DNA from: Azolla caroliniana
Lineage: Eukaryota > Plantae > Polypodiophyta
DNA length: 64,000 nt
Reading direction: 5' to 3'
Assembly: GCA_043228905.1 (NCBI GenBank)
Contig: JBHGNT010000008.1
Span: 14,570,001 to 14,634,000 of the forward strand
This document shows positions 24,001-38,200 of this stretch, in pieces (position 1 is the stretch's first letter; every line of letters begins with the position of its first letter). A program made the translations under genes and the position numbers. Below the pieces are notes generated by a model. The model saw only the letters and a program-made list of their open reading frames with translations. It did not search any database and was not told where the DNA came from.

Positions 24001-27000
24001 TGGTAGTTCACTCGGAAAAACATCACAAAAATCATTTAAGATTTCATCAAGTTGTTGTTGTTCAAAATATGTTAATTGAACCGAGACATTATTAATATTG
24101 TAAACGTGAATGTCCGGATCAAGTACACAATAAAATAGAGTAGAACAAGACAACTCGGATATTGACGAAGAGGAAACAATCGAGAGGGATTGTTTTTTTA
24201 CACATTGAATAAAGTGAGTACAATCGTTCAGTACAAATGTAATTGCATGAAGAACCCAATCAATAGATAAAGAAGAGCTTTTATTATAGAACCAGGGATA
24301 ACCCAGTATTACATCAGTGATACAAAGATTCATTACAGGGAAGTCTACTTCCTCCATATAAGTATCAATAGAAATTCCTAATGAATGAATCGCCCCGTTG
24401 ATGTATTGTACTCTTCCATCAGCCAAGTGCACCGTATAGGTGTGATCACTTACGGTGGGTTGGATTCCCCATATCTGAACCAAACAATCATTCACAAAGT
24501 TGTGTGAGATTCCCGAATCAAACAAAAATTGTACAGGAGATCCATTGATATACCCCTTTGCACGTAGTAAATCATTGGGACCCAATACATAGTGAGGGAA
24601 AGAACATTGACAATTACTTAAATGATGTGTATAGACTTGAAGGACATTAGGAATCTGACCTTTATGGTCTGCAGCTTTAGCTTTGTTGTCGTGCTCTTTC
24701 CGTTGGAGCTTTCGACATTGCTCTTTTGTATGACCCTTCTTTTTGCAGAATACGCAAAAAGGATGTTGTCGCTTACAATCGCGATCCATGAATTCATTGG
24801 GTGTCTTTCATTTCCCAGCAAATTGCGACTGCTCAGTCCCGGGCGCTTCGTTGGGTTTGTTGTGATCCTTCTTCGAAGTGCGTTGATAGTGAAGAACTAT
24901 TTCAATGGCCTCTTCGAAGGATTTCGGATCCTTATCGTGCACTACCCAGTGATAGTCCGAATTGGGGATGCCATTGACAAAACAAGCTATTAACCAATTG
25001 TCCCCTTCTAGACCCAATTTTTGGATTTGGGTTCTACCATGGTGGACATAGTCTTCTAGCGAAGAAAATTTCCTGCTACAGAGGTTCATTAAAGCTTGAG
25101 TTGCCTTGGTTCGAGAGGGAGGTTGCAAAAGTTGGCCCTTAACACCTGTGACAAAATTTTTCCAGGTATTGGGCAATTTCCCCAAAGTTCGGAGCCCATT
25201 CCACTAGGTGGCGGCCTTACCCCCTAGTTCTCGGTTGACATATGCAATCTTCGTACTATCTAGCGTGGGATAGAGCTCAAAATGAGACTCGCATCGGGCC
25301 AGCCATGTGCAGATTGCTTCTTCGGTTCTTTCCTTTTTTTCTCCCGTAAATGGCTTAACAACAAACGATGGTTCACTATGTCGCTCATCGGGTCTATTAG
25401 TCTCATGTTGTAAACTAATGACGTGTGCCTCGAGAGCACTTTGAGATTGCTGAAGTTCGGTCATCTGTTGAGTGGGGAAACTAAGGTATTGGGTTATTTG
25501 CGAAAAATACATCTCAATGGACATTTGTCCAAGAGGATTTCCTTGAGTTCCTTCCGCTTGAGCGGATGACTTAGATCTAAAGTCTAAACATGTGTTATAA
25601 TCATATGTATCAACGATGTTGTACGGTCTTGGTCATATTTGAACTCAAGTCCTCGAGAACAAATGCATTACACACTTGAGCTAACCAATTAGGTTGCTCT
25701 TTTTGAATGTTTAATGTTTCATGCGTATAAGAGATATGCAAGGCATTTGCCCATATATGTTTTTTTAAAAGAAACATATATGGCAAGAGTCCTTATTTCC
25801 TCCTCGTTTACCACAAACTTTGTTGGTATGTTACCTAACCTCAAGTCTCGTAATTACAATGGCATATGCCAATGCAACCTAATGGTCAAGCCAAATGAGC
25901 CCTCTTTTCGTAGTAGGCTTACGTGGCCCATCACATGGTTACGTCATTACGAATGCCTTTTGTAAGAATGATCTCATGGTGGCATCGTATCCATGTAATG
26001 AGGGAGGGATGTTGGATATGTGTGTCATAGGAACGACTACACATGAAGTGGGTTAAGCCCTACGTACTCAACACCATTATAGCTATGATTGTTTCATTAC
26101 GTAACAAAATATCGAAGTGACCAACGAGGATGTCAACATAAAATTGTTGAAAAAGGGATGGTGAAAACGCCATTCTCACAAAAATGTGAGGACGGCCACC
26201 AAGATCCTTTTCCCAACAAGGACAACATTCGATAGAAATCACGTAATATCAAATATACACGTATGTTTACTTATCACATATATACGATCAAATATGTATA
26301 CATGTGACCACATATGCGTACATTAAACAAATCGTTATATCAAATAGCTAGAAATGATGTAATCGAGATACGTAATCGAGGCATATACCCTCTACGCACA
26401 CGAGACATCCAAAAATAAGGGTTCATGGTGATACGCAATTGAGGTATTGACCTCTTACACATACGAGACCAAACGCATATCATTTACAATGAAATCGATG
26501 TATTGACCTCATACGCATACGTAACATATGTATGTGAGTGTAATACGCTATCGAGGTATTAACCTCGTGCGCATACGACACTAATCACATATTCAATATA
26601 TGTCAAATGAGGTATTGACCTCATACACATATGTAAACGTTTTATACAACCAATTAATTACCACTACAACATCATTAAATTAATGAAAACAATTACATAT
26701 AGACTATACACATGATTAGATGGGAGAAGAAAAAATAGAAAAAAGAAGAAGGAAAGAGTTACCGAAGTTCCTTTGTTGATCGTAGTTTGGATCAAGGCCG
26801 ACCGCACATTGATCGATCACCATCAATCCACAAAACAAAAGACAACAAAAGAAACATTAGAACATAGGCTCTGAAACCAACTATTAGAGACATGAACTAA
26901 TGTAAGCATAAAATAAGGATAAAAGATAGATCTAGATAGAAAGGAGAGAGAGAAAGAAGGGTGTCGATCTAACCGACCACCCCCGCACGAAGGGATCGAG

Positions 27001-27323
27001 ACGGACTCGAGTCCCATACCACCGTCGTGGCGTTGAGTCATACCTAGTGTTGGCGCGCTCGCGACAAGAGTTGAACCACCGAGAAACAAAGTCTCGACGT
27101 AGTCAAAAGATGATGAAATGAGGGTAGCTAGGCCACTTATTTATTTCGATACCCAAGGCCCCTAGGCAAGTTCAGACTTGGCCTAATGGGTTGTCTCAAT
27201 CCCGAGGATTAAAAGTAATCCTCCCCTTCTTTACACTCTCGTTTAACCCTCACACTTATCCACGTGTATAGAATACTACGGTAAATTCTCACCACGGGAT
27301 ATTATATGGTCATGCTCGTAACA
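21046..27323 (-). mobile_element. Second Ty3/gypsy chromovirus (Reina/Tekay-like), inserted in the RT of the Tcn1-like element
   Basis: Perfect 5-bp TSD CATTC. 5' LTR 26882-27323 and internally deleted 3' LTR 21046-21212. PBS TGGTTTCAGAGC; PPT AAAGAGGGGGAGAA. gag with CX2CX4HX4C, PR LFDSG, RT VMPFGLTNAP/FLDD, INT, chromodomain PERIL..EFKIKW..DATWE. Confidence 0.93.
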
Positions 27324-29793
27324 CATTCGGCCTCACTAATGTGCCAATAGTCTTCCAGCACATGGCAAATGATATATTTCGAGATCTCTTGGATGTTTGT
27401 TTGATCATCTATTTGGATGATCTACTGGTTTATTCGAAGACCCAAGAAGAGCATGATTCTCATGTACTGTTAGTACTAAACGATTTCGAGAACATGGCCT
27501 TTATGCAAAGCTCGAAAAATGTAGTTTCGAGTGCAACCAGGTAGAATTTCTGGCCTATGTCATTTCCTCGGAAGACATCTCTATGGATCCAGCTAAGGTC
27601 AAAACAGTGGTAGAGTGGCAGAGTCCGCGTTCGTTGCGAGATGTGCAATGCTTTTTAGGCTTTGCCAATTTCTACCGCAAGTTTATACATGATTAGTCAA
27701 AGCTTGTTCTACCTCTCACACAACTCACCAGGAAGGGACACTCATTCGTTTGGTCTGAAGAAGTAGACATGGCTTTTGAGGGTCTTTAGAAGGCATTTAC
27801 ATCAACTCCTATTTTGGCTCATGTTGATCTGGAAAAACCATTCATCATTGAAGCAGACGCATCGGATTTTGCGTTGGGTAGCATTCTGTCACAACAAGGT
27901 GATGATGAAAAACTCCATCCTGTGGCTTTCCACTCACGCAAGTTTGATGCCGCCGAAATCAACTATGAAATTCATGATAAGGAGCTATTAGCAATAGTGG
28001 ACTCTTTTACGCAATGGAGGCATTTTCTAGAGGGATCTTCTCATCAAGTCACCATATTCAGTGATCACAAAAACCTTGCCTACTTTCAGAATGCTCATGT
28101 GTTAGATCGACGTCAAGCTCGGTGGGCCCAATTCCTCACTCGTTTCGACGTCAAAATTACATATCGTTCGGGGAAGCAACAAGGGAAGGCATTATCATGG
28201 TGCTTGTATCTAGCACCGCGGCCTGGTGAGCTAGCTTTTAATAACCAAAAGCAAGTAATCCTAGGACCAACGCGACTGCAAGCAACGCAGGTCTTCAGAA
28301 TGCCCTTGGATTCCCACGTTATCGATACGATACGTGAGGACATGAAGACAGATGCTTTCGCCCAAGCCATTCTAGCACAAATTGATTCCTCTCGAGCATC
28401 TTGTTTACATTCGCAATAACCAGGTATGGACTATTGATATTTCGAATGTCATGACGGATTACTATTCTTTAAGAAACTCTTGTATGTTCCTAATGGTTCT
28501 TGTCGCCTTTGAGTGGTCCAAAACTGTCATGACACGTATACACCTAAGCATTTTGGTAGTACTAACACATTAGATTTAGTACAACGATCATTCTGGTGGC
28601 CCCATATGCGACAATTTGTTGAAGATTTTGTTCGGACTTGTGATACATGTTGCAAGGCAAAAAGGCCAAGCCATCATCCATATGGTTTATTAGAACCATT
28701 ACCAATTCCAAGCACGCCGTTGCAATCCATTGCTATAGATTTCATGATAGATCTTCCGGTCTCTAAGGGATTCAATGCGATCTTAACAGTAGTAGATCAA
28801 TATACGAAGATGGCCTATTTTCTTCCATGTACTGAGGAAATCTCTAGTGAGGAAACCGCCAAAACTGTCATGCGTGAAGTATGTCGGTATCATGGCCTTC
28901 CCGATAGTATCATCAACGATCGTGGACCCCAGTTCGTCTCGAAATTCTGGAATCACCTCTTTAAAATGCTCAAGGTCACTTGTAACCTCTCCTCCGGCTA
29001 CCACCCGCAAACAGACGGCCAAGCAGAACGAACAAATCAAATGTTGGAGCAGTAACTTCGTTGCTTTCTAAGCTATCATCAAGATGACTAGGTGGATATT
29101 CTTCATTTCGCCAAATTTGCGTATAATAACTTTGTCCAATCATCGACAAAAGTTACACCATTTTATGCTTATACAGGTTTTCACCCCCGGTGGTGTGTAT
29201 TTGAAACACCAGATTTACCCACAAATCCTTGCGCAAAGGATCGTTTGGAGTAGTTACGCAAGCTCAGCAAACACACAAGGTTTACGTGGATTGTCATCGG
29301 CTTCCATCCAGTTTTAACATTGGAGATCGAGTATGGCTACTTTGACGACACATCAAGACTACTCGCCCATGCGAGAAGTTGGATTATGGGCGATTAGGTC
29401 CTTTCTGTATTATCGGAAAAATTAATGATGTCGCTTTTCGTCTCGATCTACCTCCATAACTTCTGATATATCCGGTGTTTCATAGTTCTCTCCTCGAACC
29501 CTATCAAGACAACACCATCTGAGGTCGTATTAAACAACCTCCACCCCCGATCGAGCTTGAAGATGGACCTGAGTACGAGGTTGCCGCCATCCTCGATTCC
29601 AAGATTGTTCGCAACAAGCTCTACTATTTAGTCGATTGGGTAGGATATAGTCCCATCGAGCGTACTTGGGAACCAATAGAGAATGTAACCAATGTTCATG
29701 CTCTTCTTGAAGACTTCCATTGTCAATATCCAGACAAACTAGGTCCTCAATCCAAAACGGCTCATGACACTCGTCATTTGAAAGGGGGTATAA
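27324..29793 (+). pseudogene. Continuation of the Tcn1-like pol: RT, RNase H, integrase, chromodomain
   Basis: PF|GLTN resumes after the TSD; YLDDLLVY, EADASD, NYEIHDKELL, DRGPQF, HPQTDGQAER, chromodomain. Confidence 0.9.
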
Positions 29794-29972
29794 TGTCATG
29801 ATATAGCAAGATTCGAACCCATGACCTTATGTTATGTGGGTTGAGCTCTTGACCATTAGACTATTTGTAATACAAAAAGTTTATTTTCAAACCAAATCGG
29901 TTCAACGCTAGTCTTCAGCCTCCTAGCTACTATTCTATATTCTCTTAACATAATATATATCTTTTGTTATCA

Positions 29973-30013
<41 letters not shown>

Positions 30014-30113
30014 CACACACTCTTTCCTGCTCTTGAGAGTTCTACACCTCCCTTAGTACTAATCCCCATCTTTTAGTACTAATTCCTTCTCTGTCTTAGT
30101 ACTACTCCTAACA

Positions 30114-30560
30114 CCCAGATCATGTCATTTGGTATCTCCAAGCTTTTAAGTCTATCAAACAACCTCTCCCTAGGAACTGTGTCAAAGGCTTTGCAGAAGT
30201 CCACAAAGCAACAATATAGTTTCTTCTTATGAACCTTCGTCTGGTCAATTAAGCACCTAAGTGTGAAGATATGGTTAATAGTGGAGAAGGCTTGTCTAAA
30301 GCTAGCCTGCTCAGGTGCTCGAAGACTTAAGGTTTCCATATAATTGCTGAGCTCTGCTTCCATTACTACACCATATAGTTTAGCGAGCGTATGACCTATC
30401 ATAATGGTCCTATATGTATTTGGGTCCATTGGGCCCCCTCCTTTATGTATAGGGGCCATTGTGTTCATGGTCCATTGTGGTGGAAAACCGTCGGCGACGA
30501 TGCAGTTGAAGATTAGAGTGAGAAAGGGGGCTAGGCACTCTCGAGCATATATGATGTGCT
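30114..30560 (-). mobile_element. 5' part of the interrupted LINE RT
   Basis: PIHKGG..DPNTYRTI, EQASFR..STINHIFTL, CFVDFCKAFDTV; bounded by a (GA)n microsatellite at ~30563-30603. Confidence 0.88.
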
Positions 30561-30604
<44 letters not shown>

Positions 30605-32982
30605 ACCATGAGCATGATTGACCTCCTCTTCTAAGTAGACCTCCTCTAGCGACCAAGGAAGTGTAGGATGAGCCACAAGAAGGTGGGAGAGAAGGATAGG
30701 TTCTAATGTGTGAACTTTCATTTTTTGTTTTTTTACATCGATTTATCCATTGTTCTCTATATGATCTTAAAATGCTTAGGATTGCTAATTTTGTAAACAA
30801 AACATTGATTTTAAGAATTATGTGGTTAATGTTTTCACATGTAATATCTCAATTGATTTTTACAATCTTGCATCTTTACTTTTGCTTTTGCTGAAATTTT
30901 ATTGTTCCTTTTTTTGGTTTCCTTTTATTTCACTTTTGAGTTTTGTATAGCCTTGTATATATTATCATGTTAATTATGTATTAAAAACTTCTTTCTATGA
31001 ATTTTCTTTGCAAGGATACCCAAAAAAGCAGATCAATTGAAGGGTCCTATGGAATATTTTCACTTGATCAATGATAAATCAAGTGTTTGTGGTGAAGGGC
31101 GGGAGAAGGAGGAGGTGGATGTTGGAAATAATGATGCCTGAAACATGAAACATGAAGGTTCTTAATTTAGTACCATATCAGTTAAAACGATGTTTGTATG
31201 TGTATGTGTATGTGTATGTGTATGGGTATTTGCATATGCATGTGCATGGTCTTGTTTGTATGCATGTATGCATGTATGAATGCATGCATACATGCATTTG
31301 TAGTATTCTCTCACGTGTTTTTTTGCCATGTTACTCCGTGTATTTGCTATTGTCATTTCACATGAAAGACGAGCTCTTTCAGTCTTGAGACGAGCTCTTT
31401 CAGTCTTGAGAAATTTCATGCAACTTCAAGAAGTGATTGACAATAGATGCCAGAGATTCCAGTGACAATCGAACAAGAGTTTGTTGTGATTTGTGCAAGC
31501 TTTCATGCAAATGCAAGCTCGAATCCACACCTACCATGCTCTAAAAAAGAAAGAAGGTGGACCGATACAACTTCCGAAGAGCTTATGCCATACCATTTGA
31601 ATCTGGACCAACCAACACTAAGGTGCACATAAAAAACACTTAATTTATTTCGTGATATCTTTGATGGAAAGGCCGTAAATCTTGTTGATATTTTTTATAT
31701 TAACGATAATCTTTATATGCTAACCCAAACATGAAGTTCCATTCTATTGTTTTGTTTCCAAATTTCTTTGCTACTCAAGGTGGCATGATAGCATAGGAAC
31801 ATTGGAAGAGATTGAAGCATGTGTATATTTGGGCAAGAAATGACATATATGAGTGTCTTGACCCTGAATAGCTCTTGCAATGTTAGAGTTTCTTTTGAAA
31901 CTATAAGGAAGTAGGCTTTGTTAATTCAAGCTTCCGACATTGATGGCTTGGAGAAAAGTGAGCTCATCGAGGCAAATATAGTAACACGAAAACCACTAGG
32001 CATACATCCATACACGGTTATAAATATATATACATACATAGAACTACGGGTTGCATATTATATTATGGACCTCGTAAGTTGATGTTATTGTGCACAAGAT
32101 CACTTAGAGGTGAAGGTATAATGATTGATGCATCTTGATTATTACTCGACATCTCTTGTTTGTTACAGATTATATTAAGGACCAAAAAAGTTGTTCTTAT
32201 TGTACATGGGATCAAGATTGTAGCATTCATTACTTAAGAGGTGAAGGTATAATGATTCATGCTTCTTGATTATTACTCTACATCTTTTGTTTGCAACTAT
32301 CATTTTGATTGTATTATTTCATTCGTGCAACATATTAACCTTTGGTTTCTTATTGTTACTGTATAGGTTTTCAACTTATTGAACAATGGTGCGCGACAAA
32401 GAAGAAGTAAAACAACGTGTTTTTTATGTGTAGGTTTGCAAAGGTCAGATTTCATAAGGACTATGATAAAGGGCATGTACATGAAGCTTGTTCATATTTA
32501 CATTGATCATAACCCAACACTACTTTTCTTGCAAATTTCAGATTAGATGTTCTTGATGTAAAGCTTTGTGGTTCCACAACCTAATTACTTGGCTATGGAA
32601 GAGAATATGTTTTATAGGTTAAAAGTATTGTGTGTGAGTGATTACATTGTAACAACTTAGGGACTCAAATGCTCAATTTTTCTTAGAGAAAAACTCAATG
32701 TGTGTTTGTTCTAGCATTGCAACATTTTTATCTGGCAAAGTTCTTGCTCAAGTTGAATGTTGTGAATGATTCTTGGATATCTCATAGTATAGTATTCTTG
32801 TTATTGTATATGGTCTTTTAGATATATTGTTTTTCACTTCCACGAAGCCACAATATATGCATTGTTACATAGGCATGTTAGAGAAGATGGCATGGAATGA
32901 AGGTAACCTTTCATGCTTAGTGCTTAGATGGTGATCCTTCTTCGAAGATGGTTTGAATACACATATGCTCCACACCAACATA

Positions 32983-33323
32983 CATGCAAACAAACAAACA
33001 TACATCGATACATACAAACACTTTTTTTTTAAAAGAAATAAAGAGAAGAATTTTTTTTTATTAAAAAAAGTAAAATTTAAATTGAATCTTTTCAAAAGGT
33101 GTTCGACAATGATGGTATATGCAACACCAATAGCGATGTGTTTTGGCATCACTTCATGCAAACAAACAAACATACATCGATACATACAAACACTTTTTTT
33201 TTTAAAAGAAATAAAGAGAAGATTTTTTTTATTAAAAAAAGTAAAATTTAAATTGAATCTTTTCAAAAGGTGTTCGACAATGATGGTATACGTAGCGCCA
33301 ATAGCGATGTGTTTTGGCATCAT
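32983..33323. repeat. Tandem duplication of ~170 bp
   Basis: CATGCAAACAAACAAACATACATCGATAC...GCGATGTGTTTTGGCATCA occurs twice, near-identical. Confidence 0.9.
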
Positions 33324-35258
33324 TTCTAGTTTATTTTGTTGTAGTGACATGTATAAAACACATTCAGGCATGCACATATGTAGAACACATGCACATGCAC
33401 ACACATACACAAACACACACATATCATTACACTTACATGCACACACATCCACATATAACACATCGATACATACACACATGCTATATATAAAATATATACA
33501 ACACATGCAATACATTACAATACATGCATATATAAACATGGAATATAATACACTACATATGTACATTCACATGCAATGCAATACATACACATAACGCACA
33601 CATAAAATATATACAACACATGCAATACAATATAATATATACATACACACAAATATTGAACATACATGTGTTTTCTACGTAAGGGCATTTAAAATTAGTT
33701 GTTGTCCAAATATATATTTGCACTAAGCGGTATTTTTATTAATTGTTTTTTTACAAAAGGGTCTCTAAAATAATAAAAAACATACGTATAAGGGGTTTAT
33801 AAAAGATGTCGTAAACGCATGTGATACAACATCTTTATATATAGTGGAGCCCCAGGTTGCTGCGATTTGTTTTGTAACTCTGAGTTTTTAATAATACAAT
33901 TACATCTTGCTTGTGCTCAAACTTTCTGTTTTCTCTTCTTCTTGTTCTCCTTGTTGATCTTGTCTTATGATTTAGTTGCCCACCGGTTTCAATATGTTTC
34001 TGCTTACTATTTGATGATCTTTATTACAAAGAGTGTTGAGATATTGTTTTGCATCTGACGGCCGCTTGCAACATTTTCCCCTATTTTTGAAATTTTGAAA
34101 CATGCTACACTTGTGCCTACACCTGCATCTGAACCAAAACCTACACCTATATTTGAACAAAAACCTCTACCTACACCTGGTAAGTACTTTCTTCCACTAC
34201 ACAGTTTATATTTATCTTTGTTTTGGGATTTAAGAAAGATATGTTGAATCTCATCTTGTGATTTACAACATCATTTTTATCAATATGTTGTGTATGGCTT
34301 CTCATAACCTATTCTCTAATATGAGCGTTCTAAGTTGGATGATTCTATATCTTTTCCTTCATTAAGAGCTTTGTAGTTTGTGGCTTCTTGCATCAATTGT
34401 TTTAAATATAAGACATTTCATGTTGCGAGGCTTTAGTTGCTTTCAGAATGAGCTTTGTATGTTTGAAGATTCTTCCATCAATACAATTGAAAAGCCCCTT
34501 TTCAGCTTCGATGTGAAAATTTTTCTAAGGAGATCTCATTGATGAAGGAAATATATGAGCTTCATTTCCAACTATAGTGGCTTTGTGCACCAGATTATCG
34601 ATGCGAAAAGTTTTCTAATGAAAAATCATTAATAAAGGAAATATAAGAATATTCTAGCATAGAAGATGGATATGGAACAAACATTGCAACATAGAAGGTC
34701 AAATACTTGAGGATGAAGAAACTGAGTATGAGACAAAAGAAAAAGATTTGGGTTTTCAAATCAAATAGCTTTGGACCTGTGCATGCTCTCAAAGATACAT
34801 AACCTCATACATTCTTGATTAAGAAATAATATAAATTAGGTATTTAACAGAGAAAGAAAGAAAAATAATCTCATACATTCTGGATGCATGAAAGATCAAA
34901 GGCTATGTTGTCTTCTTCTTCTTCCCCATCTCTTTCTTCTTCTTTTCTATCTTCAAATCTTCATAACTTGTTGATCTTCCATGTTTAATCCATCTTTCTT
35001 GTGAAGGTCCTCTTATGGTGCAAAGGTAGAAAAAAATGTATAACATTGTCTGATTGATGCAAAGGTGTATAGATATATAACATTGTCTGATTGATGGCTA
35101 CTCGATCCTTACAACTCCTTGACATGGATGGATTTTGGGGTAAAAGAAAAACTAGTGAGGAGAGGTACTATTCACATTCATTCATAAAATATGTTATAAC
35201 CATTGAAGGTTTTAATGAATGTGTGTTATTTTTAGCAATGACACTAGGGTTTATGTAT

Positions 35259-38200
35259 TGTTGAGCGGCAAGCTCAACCAGATCCGGATCAGCTGAATAA
35301 GCCTGAGCCGGATCGGCATCGGGAACGATGAAGCTGGATCGGTGAGATGGATCAGACGGATCGACAAGACGGTGAGCAAGTGAGTCGGTGAGCTGGGGAG
35401 CCGGTTAGCTGGAACAAAAAGTAACTGGAAGCCAAGTAGTAGCCTAGACTACTAGGTAGTTAATAGTCTCGTAGTTAGTGTCAGACGCTCGAGTGAGCAT
35501 TGAAGTACGCGATACTTCTGTCAGTCCTCTTAGGACTTGTATGAATAGTGTTGTTGAGCACGTTTAATGTACAGAGAACTATTATTGTTTTGTAATAGAT
35601 TTAAGTTGTTTTGCTCTTTCTCTGTCTCTCCCGCGTACTGTAAAGCTTTCCATTAAACCCACGTGTTTTCTGTGTTCGTTTTCTATTGGTTCCGCACATA
35701 ATCTTTTTCATGGTATCAGAGCGCGACGGTTGAGAACCTCTACAGTCAACATAGCTTGATAGGAAAACTAACCAAGAAGAACAAGTAAAACCGATGGATA
35801 GAGGCATGGCTAGCTCCCTTCCGACGGAGAAGCTCGACAGAAACAACTACGCGTCTTGGTCCTAGAAGATGCACCAGTATCTGCTCGGGCACGGTTACTG
35901 GAGCTATGTCGAAGCAGCTAATGATGTAGCACCCGATTCTACACACAGAGACTTTCCGGCTTGGGAACAAGCGGCAAGCAAAGTTCTCTACTACTTTGCA
36001 TCTTGTGTGAGCGACCAGCTATTGAGCTATATTCGGGATGCTAAGACGCCAACGGATGCGTGGGCGAATCTCAAAAAGCTTTTCGCCGCAAGCACAATGG
36101 CCAAGAAGCTGCAGCTTAGACAAGAGCTCAACAATGTCCGGCAAAAAAATCTGTCGGTGGCCGATTACACAACCCGAATAAGGGAAATTTGTGACTCACT
36201 CGTCTCTGTCAATATGAATGTCGAGGAGGACGAGATGGTGCAAGTGTGCCTTGGTGGGTTAGCGTCTAAGTTCGGAGCTTTCTAAATGGCAATCTGTATG
36301 AGGGAGAATACGCCGTCATTTTTCGACTTACAGTCGATGCTCCTTGTAGAGGAGAACGACGTCGGTGCGTCAACAAGGGCACCCACTGACAGTCGGATGC
36401 TATACATGGAGGTGGATCGGCCCCGTGGGTGTGGTGGACGAGGCGGGTGGTCGGCTCGCAATGGTGGCGGCCGGCAAGAGCAAGACCAAAGGCACAAAGA
36501 ACATGTCGAGAGTAGTTCCAGACCCTCCACAAGCAGGGGAAGTCAAAGCGGTGCCGGAGGCCGGCAAGCAAAGGCCGACACGGAATGTTGGTACTGTGGT
36601 AAAAAGGGACACAGAGAAAGCAAGTGCTGGAAGAAGTGGGCCGATTCGGATAGATCCGGATCCGGCAAGACCGACAAAGAGAAGCGACAATACTCGCACT
36701 ACGCAGAAGGATCGGGAAGATCCAAAACTGGAAAAGTCGATAAAGGGCTAGCCTTGGTGATGAAACACAAGGCTAACTCGATGAAGAAGACCACATCCAA
36801 ATCTGAGGAAGTGTGGTACGTTGATTCCGGTGCATCGAATCACATGACGAGCCAGAAAGACTGGTTCTCCTTCTTGGAGAAACCGGAACAACAAGGAGTC
36901 ATTGAAATCGGAGACGACACTCCTCACCCAATCGTGCATGTCGGAGAAGTCCCTTTGAGCCACGTCGCACAGAGGGGGAAGTTGATGGATGTATTACACG
37001 TTCCGACCATCACGAAGAACCTGGTGTCGGTTGGACTAATTGTTGACCAGGGAATGTAGGTGCGGTTTACACACCTTGGGTAATTCATTGAGGAAGAGGG
37101 CCAGATTATCGCGCAAGGGCGCAAAGATGGGAGGATGTTCATCCTCGACACCAATGACGTCGGTATCGCTTTGTTTGCCAAAGGACAGAGGGTCGAATCG
37201 GACATCGACCGGTGGCACAAGCGAATCGGCCACGTCAATTACCGGAGGCTTCAAGACCTACAAACGAAACAAGTTGTTTTTGGTTTGCCAAAGTTCAGTG
37301 GCCAAAAGGCCCAAATATGTGAAGCCTACCAGCTGGGGAAGCAACACTGGCTTCCATTCCCCACCGAACGAAACCGTAGCCATAACAAGCTCGACCTTAT
37401 TCATTCGGATGTATGGGGACTGACACAAAACATTAGTCTTGGTAGGAGTCGGTATTTCGTCTCCTTCATCGACGACTACAGCCGGCACACATGGATCTAC
37501 CTCATTGAGCGGAAGAGCGAAGTCTTCGAGTGTTTCCGAAACCTACAAAGCTTGGTTGAACGGGAAACAGAGAGGAAGATCAAGTGCCTGCGATCGGATG
37601 GCGGAAAACAATAATTTTCCGGCCAATTCAACAGTTATCTACAGCAAAAAGGAATTCAGTGAGAGTTCAGCTACAAATACACACCGGAGCAAAACGGTGT
37701 GGCCGAGAGGATGAACCGGTCGATTGTCGACGCGGCAAGGGCAATGCTGGAAGAGAAGAAAATGCCCCATTTCTACTGGGCGGAGGCAGTGCGGACGACC
37801 GTCTACATCCAAAACCAGATCGGTGACAAGGTGTCAGCGTATGAGCTATATTTCGGGCGCAAGCCGAATTTGCAACACCTTCGGATATTCGGTAGCATTG
37901 CATATGTGCATGTGCCAGATGAGAAGCGGAGGAAGTTGGATGCAAAGTCGGAGAATTGCATCTTGGTCGGTTACTCGCATGAGCAAAAGGGGTATAAGTG
38001 TTATAACCCCCGGATGAAGTAGGTCCGAGGTAGCGGAGATGTTGAGTTTGATGAGACGACATCATGGTATGACTTACCGGCTCCGACTTCCAACTCCGAC
38101 CCGACACCGGAGGATGAGGCTAGTGAGCCTGAACCAATCCAAATAGAAGATGAAGACCTCGACACTCTAGAAGAGAGTCCGATCTCATTTCGGTTAAGTG

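Larger units (their letters stand above)
4793..30113 (+). mobile_element. Ty3/gypsy chromovirus (Tcn1-like), full length but degenerate, hosting three nested insertions
   Basis: 5' LTR 4793-~5242 and 3' LTR 29794-30113 both begin TGTCATGATAT. TSD CCCAA/CCCAG; PPT GAAAGGGGG. gag 18840-19991 (TPMEID, CLYCG), protease LLDSGA, RT, RNase H, integrase, and a chromodomain (EYEVAAILDS..KLYYLVDWVGY..TWEP) at ~29570-29730. Confidence 0.9.

Noticed and set aside
26370-26640. CRISPR-like repeat-spacer array
   Set aside because: The repeats are degenerate and lie in an LTR retrotransposon leader with no cas genes; kept only as a structural curiosity.
32865-33594. 233-aa and 213-aa ORFs on opposite strands
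   Set aside because: They span a tandem duplication and low-complexity DNA and contain no recognisable domain.
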